The position numbers and the translations under genes are program-made. The notes under the pieces were generated by a model. The model saw only the letters and a list, made by a program, of their open reading frames with translations, did no database searches and was not told where the DNA came from. Positions 37,523-47,170 of a stretch of 64,000 nucleotides of DNA are shown in pieces. Origin of the DNA: a virus (lineage: Duplodnaviria; Caudoviricetes); IMG/VR virus record IMGVR_UViG_3300031801_001562; one strand, 5' to 3'. Numbering within the stretch: the stretch's first letter is position 1; each line of letters starts with the position of its first letter.

Positions 37523-37976
37523 AATCTTCTAAATGACAATAACTAAAACTATAAAATACTTTTTTATAATATTCCAAGGTCTTTAAATATTTTTCATATT
37601 CTATTTTCCAAAATTGATTATCAATATAAAATTGTAAAAAAGGAGTCCAATGACAATTTTTAAAAACGGATCCTTTCCCATATTTTTTTTTCATTTTCTC
37701 ATTAAGATTATCTGTAGAACATGTTGTTTCTGTTTTATATCCTTCTGCTGAATCATTTGGAAATATTTTTGTTCGATCAAAGCCAGCACTCTTTTGATAA
37801 TCTTCATATATTAAAAAAAGATATATATCGGGCCCCTCTTCATTAAAAACTTTTCGGATTAAATGTTCTTGATAATCAAATCCATAACTTTTATCATCAA
37901 AGATTTTTAAGTTTTCTATTGGAGAATCAGTTAACTTATTCTTCGGTGCTATCATTACATGCGGTAAATCAATCAT
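37497..37976 (-). CDS. Hypothetical protein
   Basis: 159-aa ORF in the operon. Confidence 0.5.
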   Translation of the reverse strand: MIDLPHVMIAPKNKLTDSPIENLKIFDDKSYGFDYQEHLIRKVFNEEGPDIYLFLIYEDYQKSAGFDRTKIFPNDSAEGYKTETTCSTDNLNEKMKKKYGKGSVFKNCHWTPFLQFYIDNQFWKIEYEKYLKTLEYYKKVFYSFSYCHLEDYENWNNWL

Positions 37977-38038
37977 ATATAAATGGATCTAAATCTTCTT
38001 TTTCTTTAACAAATTTATATTTAATTCTCAAATAATGT

Positions 38039-39466
38039 TTAAGAATATACGTTGACACCCGTTTTCTTAATGAAGGCTTTGGCATCTTCTTTGGTATTGA
38101 CAATTGGTTCTCCCTTAATATTTAAAGACGTATTTAATAACACTGGACATTTTGTAATATCTTTCCAAATTTGTAATAACGTTTTATGAGGCTCGTGCTT
38201 AACTACTTGTAATCTAGAAGTTCCATCTAAATGAACAACTCCCGGATATTTAATTTTAAATTCTTCTGTTGCTTGAAGAGCACAACTCATATACGGCGAA
38301 AAAAATCCTCCATTAAAATATTTTGAAACATCTTCTTCTAATATCATTGGCGCAAAAGGTCTAAAAGGTTCTCTCCCTTTTATTTCATTAATTTTATCTT
38401 TAATTCTAGGATCTCTTGGATCCCCAAATAAAGTTCTATTACCTAAAGCTCTCGGCCCAAATTCACATCTACCATTGGCAACTCCAACCACTCTTTTAAC
38501 CATTAATTCATCTATTATTTCTTGGAACGGAAACGGTCCTTGAATATCATAACCAAGATAAGGAGAAGGATCAATGTGGTTTCTTGTTCTTGCAAGAATG
38601 CATCCCACAGCAGAACCAGAGTCACCTGGATTAGATGGAATATGGATACGAGAAAAATAATCTGATAAAAATCTATTGGCACTAACATTTAAAGCACATC
38701 CTCCCACAAAAACTATATTACCTGTTTCATTTAATTTATGAATACTAACTCTTTTTATTATGTCTCTAAAAATATCTTCATATACTGCTTGAGCAGCAGT
38801 AGGAACATCTTCAGGATGAACTTCAGGTTTTCTTGTCCATTCTTTTAATTTAAGTAAACCTCTATGCCAGGACGCTCCATTATTCCAAAGTTCAAATATT
38901 CTTCTATAAACTGGTTCATATGGATATGTCTGTCGAGCCGCGGCTCCCATCATAATATATTCTTCTTCATTAGGTTTCCATCCAGCATATTGAGTTAATG
39001 CTGAATACATTAAACCTAAAGATTTAGGATATTTCCAATTCCATAACTTCTTTAACTTTTTACCTTTGGCTTTCCATACGGTTAATGTCTCCCACTCTCC
39101 AATTGCATCAATAACCAAAACCATAGTATTATCAAAAGGAGAAGTATAATAACCATATGCTGCATGTGATAAATGATGTGAAGTATATTTCAGTTTATAA
39201 TTATAAGGAAACTCGGGTGGTTTATAAAATGGTTTTTGACCGGCATACCAACGTCGCGACATTTTTACAAATGGATTTTCATAAAAATAAACTTTGGCTG
39301 GTTGCCCATATTCTTCTAAAACATAATTGAAAAGATTTTCAGGGATTGCCGGATCGTTCTTTTTTCTAGAAAATCTTTCTGCATCGGTTGCAAATAATAG
39401 TTCGCTATTTTCAAATACTGCTATAGCGCCATCATGTGAGCCACAAGTTAATCCCCAATAGATCAT
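38039..39466 (-). CDS. Carbamoyltransferase (NodU/CmcH family)
   Basis: SHDGAIAV, HHLSHAAY, VIDAIGE, GGCALNV, PGDSGSAVG, EFGPRALGNR, REPFRPFAP, LNTSLN. Confidence 0.93.
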   Translation of the reverse strand: MIYWGLTCGSHDGAIAVFENSELLFATDAERFSRKKNDPAIPENLFNYVLEEYGQPAKVYFYENPFVKMSRRWYAGQKPFYKPPEFPYNYKLKYTSHHLSHAAYGYYTSPFDNTMVLVIDAIGEWETLTVWKAKGKKLKKLWNWKYPKSLGLMYSALTQYAGWKPNEEEYIMMGAAARQTYPYEPVYRRIFELWNNGASWHRGLLKLKEWTRKPEVHPEDVPTAAQAVYEDIFRDIIKRVSIHKLNETGNIVFVGGCALNVSANRFLSDYFSRIHIPSNPGDSGSAVGCILARTRNHIDPSPYLGYDIQGPFPFQEIIDELMVKRVVGVANGRCEFGPRALGNRTLFGDPRDPRIKDKINEIKGREPFRPFAPMILEEDVSKYFNGGFFSPYMSCALQATEEFKIKYPGVVHLDGTSRLQVVKHEPHKTLLQIWKDITKCPVLLNTSLNIKGEPIVNTKEDAKAFIKKTGVNVYS

Positions 39467-40140
39467 ATTAAATTCTTTTCAAAAATTATATCTTCAACAC
39501 TCTCATTATTAAACTTCCTCTTTATATATATTGATAATATTTCATGATTAGATTCGCAAAAATGATTTGATCTCTGGTCTCTAAATTCGGGATCATAATC
39601 ACTATTAATTTCCCCTCTGGAAACATCCATCAATATTATATCGGCTATTTCGAATTTATCAATTGCTTGTATTTCAAGAACATTATAATTATTACGATTA
39701 CGTGATGTGGAAAAATATAATACTTTTTCATATTGATCGGACAATGCTTTCAGAACACATCTTGCTTTTGTTGCCTTATGATAATCTTTATAGTTGTTAT
39801 GAAAGTGTTTAACAAATTGTTTATGTTTATGAACATATTTCATGCCGGGTTCAGAAAGCCATTTATTATTTTCCCAATCATGACCCCACATTACAGCAGC
39901 ATCGTGTTTTGGGGTTTTTAAAAATTCAAAATGAAATCGACGTGGTATGGATTCTATAAAAATTATTTTGCCAGATCTTTCCACGTGCCCATTAATAAAA
40001 TTATCTAAAGACCAATCTATACTTGATCCAGCTAATCCGTAAATAAAAGTTGGTTCCCCGAGATTATTATACCATCTTTTACTTTGATCTAGTTGACCGC
40101 TACAAGGATCACAATATGAATCACCGAATACGTGTATCAT
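39463..40140 (-). CDS. SGNH-hydrolase-like protein
   Basis: HVFGDSY block I; late D...NHF block V. Confidence 0.5.
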   Translation of the reverse strand: MIHVFGDSYCDPCSGQLDQSKRWYNNLGEPTFIYGLAGSSIDWSLDNFINGHVERSGKIIFIESIPRRFHFEFLKTPKHDAAVMWGHDWENNKWLSEPGMKYVHKHKQFVKHFHNNYKDYHKATKARCVLKALSDQYEKVLYFSTSRNRNNYNVLEIQAIDKFEIADIILMDVSRGEINSDYDPEFRDQRSNHFCESNHEILSIYIKRKFNNESVEDIIFEKNLI

Positions 40141-40849
40141 GAACTTTAAAGTGTGAGCTATCTTGTTCGTGGTTTCCGGTATTCATATCATATGATAAAT
40201 CAATACCAGTAAATAAACTCATACCATCAACAAATGGTTTATTTCTAACATGGAGCCTATAAGACCAATCAGTTCTGGTCCACCTATACATATCCCAATT
40301 TTCTTTTTGAGATGGAGCGAGATCAAAGATCCATTTCTTATCATTAATATGTATTATATGTAATCTAAATTTGCGCAACGGTACAGATTTATTATACACC
40401 TTATGTTGCCAATTACCTATTTCTGTAGAAACTGCTGAATAGAATAATTCAGATGGTGGTTTATATATTTTCTCAAATCTTATAGTAGGAAATTCATCTG
40501 GATGATATTGGGTTACTACATTATCTTCTTCAACATAAATCGTTGATTTATCGTACTCGCAAACATCTATGCACCAACCTTTTCCTTTAAAAGGATCGCT
40601 TCTTATCCATCTTTCTTCATTTCGCCATATTACATCGAAAGGTTTAAAAAAATATGCTTGGTCGGGTATACCTAGTTTATTTCTAGGTGGATGTTCTTCA
40701 TCAAAAACATTATCACTTCTAAGGTCGGGTATGTTCCAAGAAAAATCAAATAATAATTTTCTGGGTTTATCTTTCCAATAATTATAAGCCGCTTCAGTCA
40801 ATTCCCAGGTTGATACTGTGCCGCCTGGACCATTGAGAAATATTTCCAT
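40121..40849 (-). CDS. Hypothetical protein
   Basis: 242-aa Trp-rich ORF in the operon. Confidence 0.55.
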   Translation of the reverse strand: MEIFLNGPGGTVSTWELTEAAYNYWKDKPRKLLFDFSWNIPDLRSDNVFDEEHPPRNKLGIPDQAYFFKPFDVIWRNEERWIRSDPFKGKGWCIDVCEYDKSTIYVEEDNVVTQYHPDEFPTIRFEKIYKPPSELFYSAVSTEIGNWQHKVYNKSVPLRKFRLHIIHINDKKWIFDLAPSQKENWDMYRWTRTDWSYRLHVRNKPFVDGMSLFTGIDLSYDMNTGNHEQDSSHFKVHDTRIR

Positions 40850-40860
40850 ATCATTTTATA

Positions 40861-41112
40861 TTAATTCAAATAATAACTTTTTACATCATCACCCTGACAT
40901 TCAGGAGACAGCTCTGCCATTTTTTCAATTATAGAATTAAGACTATCTACATCTTCATCACCTTGTGGCCAAAATTGAGATGATTTATATCCATTTTCTT
41001 GAAAATATTGTTTCACTTCCCTGAGTTCATGTAATTCGAACACAGTCCTATCCACACACAATTTGCCATCTACAATAGAAATAAAAGCTTCATTCATATC
41101 CATATCATTCAT
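40861..41112 (-). CDS. Hypothetical protein
   Basis: 83-aa coupled ORF. Confidence 0.5.
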   Translation of the reverse strand: MNDMDMNEAFISIVDGKLCVDRTVFELHELREVKQYFQENGYKSSQFWPQGDEDVDSLNSIIEKMAELSPECQGDDVKSYYLN

Positions 41113-41731
41113 ATCTATATTTAGATCTTTTATCTTTAATAGATCTGTATCTTTGATATTCTTTATTTAATATAATATCATCAACTTTATGTCTGTTTAA
41201 ACCTATTACATTCGTTTTAGAAAATTTTCCTGGATTACCATACCATAATCCACCTGGCACGACAGTTTCTTTACTCGTTATAATTGTTCCCATTCCGAAC
41301 ATACAATAAGAACCTAGGGTTTGATATTGATGAATAATAGTTCCGAAACCTAATTGACATCCTTTCATTATATAAACATGGCCACCTAACACTACGTTAT
41401 TGGTCATTATAACATCATCTTCTATAACACAATCATGGGCGATATGAGAAAGAACCATAAAATAACAATTATTTCCTATAATAGTTTTTTCAGACCATCT
41501 AGTAGGTAAATGTATTGTTGCATATTCTCTAATAATATTATTATCACCTATAATAATTTCACCAACAGAATCTTCTTTTCGATGTTGTGCATTTGTACCA
41601 ATACAAACTCCCGGTCCAATTTCATTACCAGAACCCATAGAAACTTTTTCCCAATTTACTACTGCTGATTCATGTATTAGATTTCCCTCGCCGTCCTCAT
41701 GCCACTGGTGTTCAAATCCATTTAAACTCAT
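41105..41731 (-). CDS. LpxA-like left-handed beta-helix acyltransferase
   Basis: Hexapeptide repeats IIIGDNNIIREYATIH, IIGNNCYFM, HIAHDCVIED, VLGGHV. Confidence 0.85.
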   Translation of the reverse strand: MSLNGFEHQWHEDGEGNLIHESAVVNWEKVSMGSGNEIGPGVCIGTNAQHRKEDSVGEIIIGDNNIIREYATIHLPTRWSEKTIIGNNCYFMVLSHIAHDCVIEDDVIMTNNVVLGGHVYIMKGCQLGFGTIIHQYQTLGSYCMFGMGTIITSKETVVPGGLWYGNPGKFSKTNVIGLNRHKVDDIILNKEYQRYRSIKDKRSKYRYE

Positions 41732-42471
41732 TTCATTCCTTTTACAAATAAAGGTTCATAAAGATATTTTTGTTCTTTACCTTCTGTTAAATATTGTTTC
41801 GGTTCAAGTTCATATATGATACTGGGCGTTTCATTTCCAACTAACCATTTATGTTTTAAAGGTGACCAACCTTGTCGAAGATGTCTACAAAAGGCATCTC
41901 GATGTGTCCATATTTTATATTTCCCATCTCTTTGAATTCTATAAGAAATGTGATGATCTGAAGCATTTGTATTACTATACGTTTGTAAAGGATACTCTAA
42001 TAAAATATTTCTCTTAAAACTACTTATACAAAAACATACAATGCTTACTTCAAAATTATTTGATGTACTTAATACTTCATCTATTGTAAGATATTTGGGA
42101 AAATCTTCTCTCTCAGGCCATCGCGTTTGATCGATGATCGGTAATCTACTTGTAGCCACATTAGAGATTGTACTCATCTCCTCACCATTCATATGCATAT
42201 TCACCCATGCGGTAAAAATATCACACTTAGGGGCATTTTGTAATACCGTATCAACAGCTCTTTTATAAAGAATAGCGTCGTCTGAATTTACCAAATAATG
42301 TGAATAATTTGTTTCTCTTACAAACTTATTCATTTGTTCACATACCTGTGGTTCTGTAAACGCCCTGAACCACACTTTCGGGATACTTATATTGGCACGA
42401 TTAGTTTCTATTGGAATAGCCAATTCTCTTGGCTGCATTTGCATTAAAACAGGATTAAACGTCATACCCAA
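41728..42471 (-). CDS. Putative GT-A glycosyltransferase
   Basis: YLVNSDD, SDHHISY, CRHLR pattern of GT-A folds. Confidence 0.5.
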   Translation of the reverse strand: MGMTFNPVLMQMQPRELAIPIETNRANISIPKVWFRAFTEPQVCEQMNKFVRETNYSHYLVNSDDAILYKRAVDTVLQNAPKCDIFTAWVNMHMNGEEMSTISNVATSRLPIIDQTRWPEREDFPKYLTIDEVLSTSNNFEVSIVCFCISSFKRNILLEYPLQTYSNTNASDHHISYRIQRDGKYKIWTHRDAFCRHLRQGWSPLKHKWLVGNETPSIIYELEPKQYLTEGKEQKYLYEPLFVKGMK

Positions 42472-43181
42472 TTTTTTAATAATTCTATATTAAAACTTTT
42501 ATTATGAAGTTGATGTGTTTTAGGTATACCATGAAAATATACGATACTTGTAGTTTTCAAAAGTATTGGGTCTTTCATTATATGCATTTTATAACTATGA
42601 ATTCTATCAGGATATCCGATATCTATTCTAGGGACTTTTCCGTCAGCATTAAATAATCTTCTCATCATTGCTAATTCTGATGGTGTATTCCATGGAGGCA
42701 AAGTACATTCTTTTATAACCCATTCTTTTTGGTTTGTCCAAATATTCCATATATAAGCTGCATTTTTATCACTAACAATACTAATAGCATTACACACTTC
42801 ATCTTTCTTTATTATTCCTTCTCCAGACATTGGATCAGATACAAGTCCAATATTTAAAGGAAAAGAAAGAATATCATCTATATTAGAACAAATAATCGTA
42901 TCTAGACCAATAGTCATTCTACGATTTGTTGTAATATCTGGTCTATATAATTCTGCTAGGAGAGACCAACCTGGAACAGTTGGATCTAGGAAAGGAATTG
43001 GTTTTACTGGTTCTTTAAAATTATAATCTTCGTCAACTAAACAAAACAATTCCCAATCAATTGTGATATTCCTTTTTAACCCCCGATATAATTTATCTAC
43101 CCACTCTGGAGAATAAATGTCTACCGAATGAGGTAAACCCCTTCCGGTTCCTTTAAAGAGCCCACATATAATTGAAATCAC
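42462..43181 (-). CDS. Putative glycosyltransferase (GT8-like)
   Basis: YSPEWVDKLYRGLKRN, IGLDTII (DxD-like), VYFHGIPK. Confidence 0.6.
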   Translation of the reverse strand: MISIICGLFKGTGRGLPHSVDIYSPEWVDKLYRGLKRNITIDWELFCLVDEDYNFKEPVKPIPFLDPTVPGWSLLAELYRPDITTNRRMTIGLDTIICSNIDDILSFPLNIGLVSDPMSGEGIIKKDEVCNAISIVSDKNAAYIWNIWTNQKEWVIKECTLPPWNTPSELAMMRRLFNADGKVPRIDIGYPDRIHSYKMHIMKDPILLKTTSIVYFHGIPKTHQLHNKSFNIELLKNWV

Positions 43182-43420
43182 GTTCCGTTAAAATGTTCTA
43201 CCAGATCATTATAATCACCGACAAATTCTCCATTTAAAATTATCTGGGGAACTTTTTTACTATGAGTGACTTGCATTAAATTCCAAAAAAACTTTTTATC
43301 ACTATCTATAATTGTATATTTAATACCTTTTTGATCTAATAAGTCTTTTGATTTATCACACCAATCACATTCGGGAACTGATTGATGTCTCACTAGAACA
43401 TTATTTAATTCAATATTCAT
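43178..43420 (-). CDS. Glutaredoxin
   Basis: CDWC, KVPQIILNGEFVGDY. Confidence 0.9.
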   Translation of the reverse strand: MNIELNNVLVRHQSVPECDWCDKSKDLLDQKGIKYTIIDSDKKFFWNLMQVTHSKKVPQIILNGEFVGDYNDLVEHFNGT

Positions 43421-43434
43421 TGTTTAATTCTATT

Positions 43435-43644
43435 TCAATATTTACCATCTTGTTTTATACGAGTATGATAACCCTGTTCTTGTAAACTAGTACAGAAATT
43501 TTGGGCTTCTTTATGTGTATTAAAAAATCTTCTTTGAATTTTATCTACAGCAAAATCCGTACAGACTAAACCTTCTTCAAGATTTCTTCGTCTGTCTTTC
43601 ACTTGAACATTATCATATCTAAAATATTCTACCCAAATATTCAT
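43435..43644 (-). CDS. Hypothetical protein
   Basis: 69-aa ORF. Confidence 0.5.
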   Translation of the reverse strand: MNIWVEYFRYDNVQVKDRRRNLEEGLVCTDFAVDKIQRRFFNTHKEAQNFCTSLQEQGYHTRIKQDGKY

Positions 43645-43659
43645 ATCAAATAATATTAA

Positions 43660-44391
43660 TTAGTTCGCAATCCCACCAAGTTTTCCGGAACTCAATCCAT
43701 CTGAACCTAAACCAACTCCTACGCCTTCGTCTTTTGAAGGAGAAAACTCAGTACCTGCACCGAATTTTTTGATGTCTCTTTTTCTCCTGTTCTCACCACT
43801 GTGCATATCCTGCCCTACTGATTTTTCCCCTCTGCTCTTCTCACCTGCCGCACTCTTTAGTCTTTTGGTTTGTCTGCGTTGAGCGGCAGAGTCTGGGTCA
43901 CCTTGCGGCTGATAATATGAAGCAGACTTTTTCGCTGCACGATCAAGGAGCTCTGCAGAAAGTTCATCAATAGGTTTTGCGTCCTCACCTACAACTTTCT
44001 TTGCGACGTTCTTTATACCCGTTCCAATTTTTGACAATAGGCCGGGTTCTTTCTTCGGCTTTTCACTTTCCTTCTTTTTGTTTGCATGCCAGGCAGCTTT
44101 ACGAGCGGCAAATTCTCTAGATACAGCTTTTTTCCCTCTCTCACTTGCCTCATCGTCGTATCTTTTTTCTGCTGCAGCATAATCAATTTCTTCAACTGGA
44201 ACCTTCAGTTGGTTGAACATGATTCCACTTTTGCGTTTGTTATCATCATCATCGTCATCCGATGTATCAAGCTGAAAACCTTTTCCCTGCTTGTCTTTTG
44301 GTATTCCTTTCTTCTTTCGTTCTTGTTCGCTTTTGGACAGACGAGGAAGCGTAGGAGTGAAGAATTCTGTAAACTCTTTATAAGTTTTCAT
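43660..44391 (-). CDS. Putative internal head protein with capsid-targeting sequence
   Basis: N-terminus MKTYKEFTE is close to the T4 CTS MKTYQEFIAE; highly charged; DELS motif. Confidence 0.65.
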   Translation of the reverse strand: MKTYKEFTEFFTPTLPRLSKSEQERKKKGIPKDKQGKGFQLDTSDDDDDDNKRKSGIMFNQLKVPVEEIDYAAAEKRYDDEASERGKKAVSREFAARKAAWHANKKKESEKPKKEPGLLSKIGTGIKNVAKKVVGEDAKPIDELSAELLDRAAKKSASYYQPQGDPDSAAQRRQTKRLKSAAGEKSRGEKSVGQDMHSGENRRKRDIKKFGAGTEFSPSKDEGVGVGLGSDGLSSGKLGGIAN

Positions 44392-45401
44392 CTTCGTTTT
44401 CCTGCTAAATTGTCTGCCACCTGTTGTACAAAAGAATCTTTAGGAAGTTCTACATTTGCACTTGCTTCACCTGGATCGAAAGATTGTTCAGGATCAAAAT
44501 GGTCAGCGTATCCCCCGCTAAGGCTCCCCCCTGGGGCTTTTCCGTAGCGGTGATCACCTGGCCTACTCATTTTCTCTGGCCCGTATGGGTTTCCTGTGGC
44601 TCTCTCCGGGCGTTTTTTAAGCCCTAACTTTTCCGCTCCTTTTGTTGCTGCCTTCTTCACTTTGTCTCCAACAGAAAGTTTCCGGACTCCGTGAGTGGTT
44701 CTATCTGAAACCGATATCGGTTTACCGTCAGCGGTTCTATCTTGTTGTTGTGCTCTTTTGAATTTGGCTCCCTGTTCTGCTGCCTTTTTGGATCCAGCAA
44801 GCGCCATTTCACCCGCTTTGTTTTGTGCATCTCTATAAGTTTTGTTTGAAAGTTCATCAACAGGTTCTACTTCTTCTTTTTTATCTTTGTCTTTTTCAGG
44901 AGGAATACCCTGTCGAACTTGGCCATACTTCTTTGCCATAGCGCGGTTATGAGCTATCGCTTTTTCATTCGCTTCTGGGTCACCGGTGATCCCTTCTTCA
45001 GTTTTTTTTGCAAATTGAGGTGGGACTTTTCCTTTTTTGGGTTTGTCATCATCATCGTCATCATCATCGTCATCTGAATCATCTGAATCCGAATCATCAT
45101 CATCCGAATCATCATCGTCATCGTCATCTGAATCGTCGTCATCATCTTTATCTTTTCCTTTTAGAAACTGAGGTGGGATTTTTCCTTCATCGGCTTCTTC
45201 CTCATCTTCAGCAAATAATGTTTGAGAAATTTTATGTTTTTCTTCTTCAATAGATTCGACTACTTTATCTTCAATAATCGAATTAAACTTCTGATTAGCC
45301 GCGTGTAACTCTCCGGTAAGGATCAACTCTACCAATTCTTCCGCGGGAGCTACCACTGTATTTTCATCATTTAATTCTTCTGTTCCTTCTACTTCCGACA
45401 T
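44388..45401 (-). CDS. Prohead-core-like protein with poly-Asp tract
   Basis: Acidic helical N-terminus similar to small prohead core proteins, poly-D tract flanked by PPQF repeats, late promoter upstream. Confidence 0.5.
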   Translation of the reverse strand: MSEVEGTEELNDENTVVAPAEELVELILTGELHAANQKFNSIIEDKVVESIEEEKHKISQTLFAEDEEEADEGKIPPQFLKGKDKDDDDDSDDDDDDDSDDDDSDSDDSDDDDDDDDDDKPKKGKVPPQFAKKTEEGITGDPEANEKAIAHNRAMAKKYGQVRQGIPPEKDKDKKEEVEPVDELSNKTYRDAQNKAGEMALAGSKKAAEQGAKFKRAQQQDRTADGKPISVSDRTTHGVRKLSVGDKVKKAATKGAEKLGLKKRPERATGNPYGPEKMSRPGDHRYGKAPGGSLSGGYADHFDPEQSFDPGEASANVELPKDSFVQQVADNLAGKRR

Positions 45402-45452
45402 TGTTACACTCCGTTAAATATTTGTCAGTTATAATCTGGTTGTTTATAGGTA

Positions 45453-45460
45453 TATTTATA
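45453..45460 (-). promoter_or_regulatory. T4-type late promoter (TATAAATA)
   Basis: Exact consensus upstream of 45401. Confidence 0.75.
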
Positions 45461-45479
45461 CATTTAGTAATCTACAATT

Positions 45480-45833
45480 TTACCTTGTTCCTCCGCTGGG
45501 AAACCAATCTTCTGAATTATAAGATTTATCACAAATATACATATCAAACCACGGTTTACCACCTACAATAAGTGAATGAAACTTGGCGCCCCATTCCTGT
45601 AATTGTTTTTCTGTATCATTATACCAATATTGTGGATCATCTTTAAATGACTCTCCACCTCTACCTGTCCAATATATAATCTCATGTCCTTGATCATAGA
45701 GATCGTTTACTATTTGAATTCGTTCCGAATATGGTTCCATATCTAGATATGTTAAAGTATCATCTTTTTTTTCTTTTCTAACTTCTTCACGATTAGTACA
45801 AATGGTACCATCTATATCAAAAGCATATCTCAT
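45480..45833 (-). CDS. HAD-family (capsule biosynthesis-type) phosphatase
   Basis: FDIDGTICT, IYWTGR, GKP..D.YICDK. Confidence 0.8.
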   Translation of the reverse strand: MRYAFDIDGTICTNREEVRKEKKDDTLTYLDMEPYSERIQIVNDLYDQGHEIIYWTGRGGESFKDDPQYWYNDTEKQLQEWGAKFHSLIVGGKPWFDMYICDKSYNSEDWFPSGGTR

Positions 45834-46237
45834 ATATTATCTTCTTTATAATTTCCTTTACATGGAATCACATGCCTGACACCGCCTCTTGGATTTGGTG
45901 TATCACCTTTTCTTCTGGGAATCATATGTACGTGGGGCCACATTACTGATTGTCCTGCTTCTACTCCATTGTTGATACCTATGTTAAATGCTGTCCATTT
46001 GTAATCCATTATACCTTCTATACCCCATTTGTATGCATATTCAAAACAAATTGTAATATCTTCTCTTCGTAGTTTTTTCTTTGGAACAAACAATAAGTGT
46101 CCTTCAGTTACAGGATATCCGTCTTTAAATACTATTACGTTTTCATCTTCATGTACCATGTTTTTATGGGGCCATGGCCCATCTTGGTAGGAATCCAAAT
46201 ATGGATCATCCTCTAACATCTTTGTGGAATCTTTCAT
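45830..46237 (-). CDS. HIT-family hydrolase
   Basis: YPVTEGHLLFVPK, FNIGINNGVEAGQSVMWPHVHMIPR. Confidence 0.9.
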   Translation of the reverse strand: MKDSTKMLEDDPYLDSYQDGPWPHKNMVHEDENVIVFKDGYPVTEGHLLFVPKKKLRREDITICFEYAYKWGIEGIMDYKWTAFNIGINNGVEAGQSVMWPHVHMIPRRKGDTPNPRGGVRHVIPCKGNYKEDNI

Positions 46238-46248
46238 AATAAATGTTT

Positions 46249-46830
46249 CTAATATGTTCCTTTTATTTCATCACACAATCCTAGTTTTTTTGCTTCCCTT
46301 GCGGAAAGCCATACATCGGATGCCGGAAGAAGATATTCCCGAATTTCCTTTTCCGATAATCCGGTACATTTTTTATAGTGAGCAATCATTCTTTCTGTGG
46401 TTAGGTCGTATTCTTTTATCTGGGCAAATAATTCGTGCTCTTTTCCAAAACTACCCCAAGAATATTGATGAGAAAGTATAGACGTATTTGGTGTAAGGAT
46501 TCGTCTTCCTTTAGTTCCTGAAATAAACATCACCAATCCGCAAGAAGCAATCATTCCCATACCGATAGTACGAATAGGGATTTTAGAACCTTTCATTACA
46601 TCTACTAAAGCAAAACATGCATTTAAATCTCCGCCGGGAGAACATATCCCCAACGTTAACTCCTTGTGCTTTTTCTCCTTAGTAAAATTCGCGGAAACTA
46701 TCCAATTAATTATTGGACTCATTGTTTCCATAGTCACTTCGCCCATGAATACATGAACCCCTCTCTGGAATAAATCCGCAGCGGGGTCTGTTGTACTCTG
46801 TGGTTTTTCACCTTTTTCTTCGTCTGTCAT
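46249..46830 (-). CDS. clpP: ClpP-like protease subunit
   Basis: ICSPGGD, GMIASCG (catalytic Ser), ILSHQY (His), DVWLSAREAKKLGLCD. Confidence 0.85.
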   Translation of the reverse strand: MTDEEKGEKPQSTTDPAADLFQRGVHVFMGEVTMETMSPIINWIVSANFTKEKKHKELTLGICSPGGDLNACFALVDVMKGSKIPIRTIGMGMIASCGLVMFISGTKGRRILTPNTSILSHQYSWGSFGKEHELFAQIKEYDLTTERMIAHYKKCTGLSEKEIREYLLPASDVWLSAREAKKLGLCDEIKGTY

Positions 46831-47011
46831 TTTCTTTTCCTAACTCGTGTAAAAGTTGTCGTCCATCCTCCCTTTTCTCTTTTCTTTTGATTGGGATCGT
46901 GTAGACTAGTCACTTGTCCATGTTCATCATATCTAATTGTTAAAAAAGTTTTAAATTCATAATCTCTATATAATAGCTGGGGTATAATTTTTTTTTCTTT
47001 AATTGATTACC

Positions 47012-47170
47012 TTAAAATTGTCGATCATCCGGATACAATGGTTCATTTTCACTATCGTGTTCTGCTACTGTGGAATATTCAGTGCATCCACACTGAACGG
47101 TTGGCGAACATTCACATGGGTCGCAGCTACAATTATCTTGTGAATCGCAATATTCGTTTGTACATGCCAT
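47012..47170 (-). CDS. 52-aa Cys-rich metallothionein-like microprotein (below the ORF-track size cutoff)
   Basis: MACTNEYCDSQDNCSCDPCECSPTVQCGCTEYSTVAEHDSENEPLYPDDRQF; AGGAG RBS; 8 Cys including three CxC. Confidence 0.7.
   Translation of the reverse strand: MACTNEYCDSQDNCSCDPCECSPTVQCGCTEYSTVAEHDSENEPLYPDDRQF

Noticed and set aside
45040-45150. TCA/TCG microsatellite as a non-coding repeat
   Set aside because: Explained by the poly-Asp/Ser coding tract of ORF 44388-45401
46827-47011. Readthrough extension of the Cys-rich micro-ORF (60 open codons in frame after its TAA)
   Set aside because: The stop is TAA with no recoding signal; more likely a small ORF whose start is obscured near an A9 homopolymer
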